Positions 57,613 through 64,000 of a DNA stretch of 64,000 nucleotides are shown in pieces. Where the stretch lies: assembly GCA_004431415.1 (NCBI GenBank), contig QPMI01000114.1:1-64000 (forward strand). The letters are read 5' to 3'. The translations under genes and the position numbers were made by a program. A model generated the notes under the pieces. The model was not told the DNA's origin and did no database searches. It saw only the letters and a program-made list of their open reading frames with translations. Origin of the DNA: Cyanophora paradoxa CCMP329 (lineage: Eukaryota > Plantae > Glaucophyta). The number at the start of each line of letters is the position of its first letter. Position 1 is the stretch's first letter.

Positions 57613-58762
57613 GCACCTCGGCAGCGTCGGGGGCCCGCCTCGGCATCCTCAAGCTCCTCCACTTCCGCCGTCTCCAGCACCCTCGAAAACCCCTGTCTAC
57701 ACCTCTTGGGCAATTCTTGCATACGGCCGAAATCTAAATTCTGGCTTCGGGTGGAAAACCGCCAGACCAAGTCATGCACTTGAACATGAAAGTCGGAATT
57801 GGATCATCGGATTCGGATCCGGATTGGAGGGCCGGCCGGGTGCCCGGCGGCCGGGCAAGAACTTCGGAACTTCGGGAAAGGCATGCACATGCGTATGTAC
57901 AGGCGTTCATGAGCGCTCAAAGAACGAAGGCGAGTGTTTAAAATGCATATGATCAGCTGCAGACACAGTTTTTCATGATCAGAAAGCCCATATCAAGGGC
58001 GCCTGTTATATTAGTTCTACCGGTTCGCGTTAATTCGAATTCTGGGTCAGCTCGTAACCAGCTTTTCTCTCTCCTTTCGGCCCACGGGGCTCACTTTTTT
58101 AGCCACTGGGCCAGGCAGCTCAGTGAAGCAATGCCACGCGCGCGTGCATGCTACAAACCACCTGTACGCGGGTCCGGATAGACCAGAAAGTATCCGTAGT
58201 TCCAGAGTTGGCACCCAGCTAGCCCCAAGCCCCACCCCTCCTGCCACGCCCTGTCCTCTGACGTTCTCACAGGGCGGCCGCCCCGCCCGTGCCTGCCCCC
58301 CTCCCTGGAGCCCCCGTAGACCCCCTCTAATAGGATAAAACACCAGGCGCCCCAGACGCAATAATTATAAGATCTAGACCCGGGGGCGCGCCCGTGCGCT
58401 TAGCTCGCGCCCCCCCCCCCCCCCACCCCCTCCCCCCCCCCCCCCCCACCCCCTTATCAGCTGCAGTCACATATCATAGCGGCTATCGCAAGCTACCTAG
58501 ATGCCCTACCCCGCCCGCCTCCGCTCCGCCCCTCCGGGCCCCCGGTGGGGGTACGCCTTCGCCGGCGTCTTGGAATCAGTCGTGCTGGAACCCGGCCACA
58601 CCTGGCCTGGGCCCTCAGGGGGTCGGCGCAAGCCTGCAACAGGTGCAAACGTGACCGCCTCGTTCTCATTGATGCGATGTAGTACCTTGACCGTAAATGG
58701 AGGAGCACCCAGAGCTCAAAAAAGCGGCGCCATCGAGGTCCTTCCTCGATTCCTGATCACGA

Positions 58763-59590
58763 TCACGGTGGCAACTTGAACTCTTCCAAGTAGTCTTGCA
58801 AGATCTTCCCATGGTCGAAAGACATTCGATCCCTGCAGGCACGTTTATGTTGAGCTTCGAGAATGGACCAATTGCAAAGAGGTTGCAAATCTTGCATTCT
58901 GGAGTCAGGGCCAGTTGCTCACCAAGGGATAGAGTCCACTGGGATCGCATGTACTTCCCGTGCGTCGTCCTTAGCTTTCATCGTCCCTCTCGCCTTTCCA
59001 ACGAACACCAAGGAAACTGTGTGGCGCCTCGGATCCCGCTTTGGATCACTATAAGTCCTCCACTGTCTGAAATCGTACAGATGCAGATTTGTTTCTTCGT
59101 GGGTCTCTCGTTGTGCTGCGTCCTCCATCGACTCGCCGTAATCCTGAAGAATTCAGAGAGAAGTGCGGTAGTTGGTGGCGCGTGCCCACCACGAAGCCAC
59201 CCGGCAGCGCCAGGCCGAACGGAGGGTTCAGGCGCTCTCCCAGAACGATCGCGCGCTTGCCGTCCACGGTCATCTCGATGATGGCATCGACAGCGAGGAA
59301 GGGACCTGGGGGACGCGGGAGAGCGCTTCAGTGGCTCGGAGTGGCTCTGAGCATGTTCATCGGACCGGTGTTCACGGCGAGCATGCCCGACGGGATCGCC
59401 TGCACATGCGCTCATCAGAGATGCATGCGCTCGATACACATGCGCGCCGGCGCCGGTGCGTGCGCACCCTGCAAAAGCTGAGGGCCAGCCGCGGCGCATA
59501 CAGGTATCCGACAATCGCGAGTGCCAGTGCCGGCGCCGCGATGAGCCAGGCGCTGCGCGAGGTGCCCGCCGGCCGCGCCTTTCCCGCCAT
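58763..59590 (-). CDS. Nudix hydrolase (ADP-ribose pyrophosphatase-like), spliced, with N-terminal hydrophobic segment
   Basis: Spliced product GPFLAVDAII...ERLNPPFGLALPGGFV|DYGESMEDAAQRETHEETNL (Nudix box), YSDPKRDPRRHTVS, DDA, W|DRMSFDHGKILQDY; TGA at 58763-58765. Confidence 0.88.
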
Positions 59591-59745
59591 GCGCGTGTTA
59601 AGCGCTCCAGACCCGATATAAGCTTAGCTGGGTTCTAGCTGGCAACGCTGGCTAACTTAGCCTAACTCAGGCTAACTGGCTAAAGCGGGTACACGAATCA
59701 AAATTCAAATTCTAGCGGATACCCCCCTGCTCGCTCGAAGCTGCG

Positions 59746-62700
59746 ATGGCCCGCCCAAACGGAGCCGGAGCGCATGCATCACGCGTCAAACACACCGCTA
59801 GGTTGTCCCTAGCCCACCTGGGCCTGGGTCTCTTCGTCCTGGCGGTCTTGACCGCGGCCGTGCAACCCGGCTCCGAAATGGCAGGCGTTGAGCAGCAGCA
59901 ACATCAGTTTAGTAATAGGACGATAGAAGAGCCTAACCAGCTCGCCCTAGGGCCTAACCAGCCCGAAAACCTGGGTCTGACCAACCCGATTTGCCTGCTC
60001 GCTTGCGCGTCGCCCCCGATAACACCGTTTATGTACAACTTGTGTACTAAAGATAACAGAAACAGACCCAAAGGCCCCGGAGCACCGCCCTGGCCCGCGA
60101 GCGCGGACGACACGCTGGCCGCAACGGCTAGTAGGACTAATACCAGTTCCCTGATGACACACCTCCAGCTGCGCACGCAGGAGGGAGACGTTATTGTGTA
60201 TGCTCGACCTGGCCTGCGGCGAACGGAACTGGACACGTGCGTGACGAAACCCGGACGAGGACCTCGCGGCCGGGATCCCAACTGCAACGCGCCCAGCAGC
60301 GACGCACACCCTGACAGACTAAGAGACAAGCTGCACATCGCCCTTACCACGACAACGGCTCTGGGCTGGCTGCTCCACTCCTACGCATGTGCACACACGG
60401 CTCGCCTCAAGCTAAAGCAGCAAAATAAGCCTAAGGGGAGATCTAAAGCCGGGCTGGCGGGGCGCTTTAGAAAGTCGACTATGAAAAGGCTAAGCACCGG
60501 CCTGCTGCTGTGGCTCCTCGTCACCAGGTCGTCCTCGACACAACTGGCCCGGCGACCACTTTGCCCCCGACGTAACCGATCAGAAACGATGGCGATCTCA
60601 CTTTCTGTCCTACGCCACCAAGCTGTAGCTTCCCCGCCTGTCAGCGCCGCCGGCGCCCGGCTGCTAAGCCTCCTGCTCTTTATTGTGGGCCTGGCTACTG
60701 CGAACGCCCTGCCCCACAGCCAACCTGCGGCCGTGGGCCTTTCCTGGGCCTCGGTCTTCCAGCCTGCCGTGGCGGGGATGATAGGGGGGCTTCTCGGGAT
60801 CACAGCGAGGCGGGGGCAGGCCCGGCCCCCAGCGCCGGCACCCCCAACTGGGCCCACGAACGCACTTAGTCGCTGGAGCCCGCCCCCGGCTCAAGTCAAG
60901 GAGGCGCTGCGGGGCACGCTGAGGATCCGTACACAAAACGTACAGGGAGGAAACAGCTCAGACAAGACAAAGCTGCTTCTAGCAGACTGGGAGGAGAAAG
61001 TGACGCCGACCAACGGAGGCGGAGCAGGAGATCTAGATGTGGTAGCTCTCCAGGAGACGGCACTGGCGGACGACAAGTGGCCCCGACGAGGAGGCCGCTT
61101 CTTCCTCTCGGGACCTGCAGCGGACGGTACGGTCAGCGGCAAGGGAGCGGCGCTGTGGCTAAGCGACTTCTGGGCGCGCTACGGGGGACGCGTGCGTCGC
61201 GTACCGGGCCGCCTCGTGACGGTCGAACTCGAGCTGCCAGCGCACGTGCTCCTCACCATAGCGTCGGTATACCTGCCGTCAGGGGACAGCGCGGCCGAGA
61301 AACAGGAGCGTGAGACGGTGCTCGACGAACTGAGGCGCGTGCACGCCCGCACGGCGAGCGACCCGCGCGCCCACTGCCTAATCCTAGGAGACTTTAACTC
61401 GGTAAGAAACCCGGAGCTAGAGCGCATATCCGGAGGCAACTACTCCCAGTCAACAATCGCAGAGCACGACTTCTGGCAGCTATTCGCCGACTGGAAGTGG
61501 AAGGACCTCTATAGAGGGACGCACCCGACGGGCCGCGAAGTAACTTACATCCACGGGTCCGCTCGGGCGCCAGGCGAGCCCATCCTCACAGGATCCCGGG
61601 TCGACACAATGATGGCATCGCCGGCGCTCGCAGCCTGGACGCTGGGTGTCGGCATCGATATGCTAAACGAAGGCTGGCGCTCGGACCATCGAGGAATGGT
61701 AGCGGAGATCGACCTTGCCCCGCTGAAAGTGGTCGGCGCGACGCATCACCCGCGGACTGCCGCCCAGCGACCACCTCGTTTCTGCTTCCCGAAGAACATG
61801 AGCAAGTCCGACGAAGAGAAGTTCCACGCGACGATGACGCAAAAGCTCGTGCGCGGCGGGATGGTCAAGCGAGTCGAGGAGATGCTCGAGCTGGCGGCTG
61901 AGGCGCCTACGCCAACGAAGGAAACCCGCTTCGAAACACTGACGTTAGCTGTGCACGAACTACTGCTCGAAGCGGGACGGGCCGCAGCTAAGACGCTGGG
62001 GTATTTGAAGTACCCGTCCTCGAATGCGCCCCTCAAACCGTACAAGTTCAAAGCGCTGGAGCGCCGCCGGAAACAGATCGGCAGCCTCCTGCACCAATGG
62101 GAAGGCCTCAGATGGGGCGTGCGACTAGTACGACTCAGGCAATTAAACTCCAAACCGCCAATACCTGGCCTTCCCCCCCTCCCAGGGGACGGTCTCGAAG
62201 GGGGGGGGTACCTGGAACGACAGTGACTGGGTGAGGGCACGGAAAGCGCTGCAACGGGAGTGGCGCCGGATAGAAGACTCGATAAGCGCAAAGGGGAAAG
62301 AGATGAAGGACAAGCAGATCAGAGAGGCCCTCGATCTAAGAAGGACATGGTTCCGCCAAGAGCTAGGCAGGTGCCTCGATCGGTTGCTAGGACGCACTAG
62401 GGGCAGCCTGGCTTTCTCGACACTTGCACTCCGGGTCCCGGGAGAGGAACGACCTCGAATCATCGATAATGTAGATGAGCTAAAAGCGGAAGTCGCGACG
62501 GCCTTCAAGAACTGGGTACCCCCGCGTCGACCCCGTCTCCCCCAAACGGGCCACCCCCTTCCACCACACTGGCAAAGACGCTACGAGAGACAAAGACGAC
62601 TGCAGTACCCGAAGCTTATGAAGCCAATCACCGAGCAGGAGCTTAAAGACTACCTGGGACGCCTAGCAGCAAACACAGCGGCAGGTCCCTCAGCAATGGC

Positions 62701-64000
62701 GGCAGCCCTTTTAAAAAAGCTACCTCCAGCAGGGATGACGGCTCTGCTCGCCCTCCTGAACACCATACTTGTACACGGCCACCCGCCGGATTTCCTCATG
62801 GATGCAGTGATCTGTGCGATCCCAAAATCAGCTGAATGGGACGGGTTTGCAGACAGTACACGCCCAATCACGCTGCAGGAAGTGGTGCTTAAAGCCCTTA
62901 CAGGCATTCTGGGAAGGCGGCTTATGGACGCCCTCATAGAACAAAAAGCACTCAAGGGGAAAAACTATGCCTTCCTTAAAAACATGTCTACAGACGAACC
63001 TCTGCACATAGTGAACGCGATCCTTGAAGAAGCAAAGCGACGCAGAAGCGAAATTCACATCATTGCACAGGATATCAAGAAAGCCTACGACTCAGTCAGC
63101 TGGGCAAGCATGGAATTAACTTTTGAACGCTTCAACATACCAGAGGAATACGTGCGCCTCCACGAACACATCTGGCACCACCGAACAGCCAGAGTACTGA
63201 CCGCATATGGCCCCTCGGATGAGTTCTCCCCGGCGTGTGGGCTCCCTCAGGGCGCGCCCGAATCCCCGCTCCACTGGCTCCTCTTCTATGATGCCCTTCT
63301 CTGCGAACAGGAGTCTCAGGCAGAGGCAGAAGGACCAGACTCAGAGATCTCAGGGGTACAGATCGCACCTGCTCCGGGTGAACCACCAATCAGCTTGGCG
63401 GGAATTGCCTATGCAGATGACACAGACTGGTTTGCAAAAAGCCGCCGGGGGATCGAACTTAGAGCAAAAATCTCCACTGAGTTCTGTGAACTACACGATA
63501 TAGAGCTAAATGTGAAGAAGACTGAATATACAAACAATAGAGGGAAAAGCGTCTACCCGGAGGCCCCAAAAATGGGTACCCCACCCGAGACGATCGCGAT
63601 ATACCTCGAGCCCTCAGAACCCTTTAAGCTACTAGGAACCTATTTCACATGCAATTTAAACTGGAGCCGTCACAAAGCCCACACTTTCAATAAGGTAAAG
63701 AGCATTGTGACAGCTATCAAGGGGAAGAGAATGACAGCAGAAGAGGCAGTATATATCTGCAATGCAGTAATTGGAGGCAGTCTAAGATACGCTTTCAAAG
63801 TAGCGAATTTCTCGGACACAGACCTTAAAAACCTACAGGCTCTCTTCATGACGCTAGTAAAACATAGTGGGGGGCTCAGCAAAGCTACGGCAAACGCCTT
63901 TATGATGATGCCGGCTCCCTTTGGCTTGCTTTCGGTCCACTCAGTACAAGCAGAGGAACAGATATCCAAGCTACGAGCACACCTCATCTCTCCAACCTTG
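59746..64000 (+). mobile_element. Second non-LTR retrotransposon of the same family (APE + RT), frameshift at G-run ~62200-62210, truncated by the window end
   Basis: APE motifs: TQNVQG, VALQET, SVYLP, ILGDFN, SRVD, SDHR. RT motifs in the shifted frame: RPITLQEV, QDIKKAYDSVSWASME, GLPQGAPESPLHWLLFYDALL, AYADDT, LLG. Collinear with the 15754-22426 protein. Confidence 0.92.

Noticed and set aside
59620-59690. Telomeric repeat
   Set aside because: Only a few degenerate CTAAC units, not a regular array.

Overview
This is a GC-rich, intron-containing eukaryotic window, probably algal or protist (inferred from the RWP-RK domains and short CCCCG-rich GT/GC-AG introns). It is dominated by transposable elements and decayed duplicated gene fragments. 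(1) A diverged, partly shuffled segmental duplication (~4.3-13.2 kb vs ~50.6-57.6 kb) carries RWP-RK and REV3 (DNA polymerase zeta) fragments. In copy 1 a 1.9-kb (CCCCG)n expansion sits where the RWP-RK intron would be. (2) A spliced gene encoding EF-hand + TM + ectodomain + Hedgehog-type Hint domain + TM is split by an 8.4-kb APE-RT-RNase H non-LTR retrotransposon with a 15-bp TSD. (3) A cluster of non-autonomous DNA transposons lies at 26-35 kb: hAT-like (8-bp TSD), CACAG-ended (3-bp TSD) and an unclassified GTAAC-ended element (5-bp TSD). (4) The most novel item is at 42.6-48.1 kb: two tail-to-tail copies of an RT-less retroposed element encoding one 574-aa ORF1-like protein. It shares its 3' terminus with a LINE fragment nested inside one copy, which suggests a two-component retrotransposon system. 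(5) A Nudix hydrolase gene is followed by a second LINE of the same family as in (2), with an unusual hydrophobic N-terminal extension, running off the window end. Most long ORFs in the supplied track are GC-rich or repeat artefacts. All calls are from reading by eye; no database searches were run.
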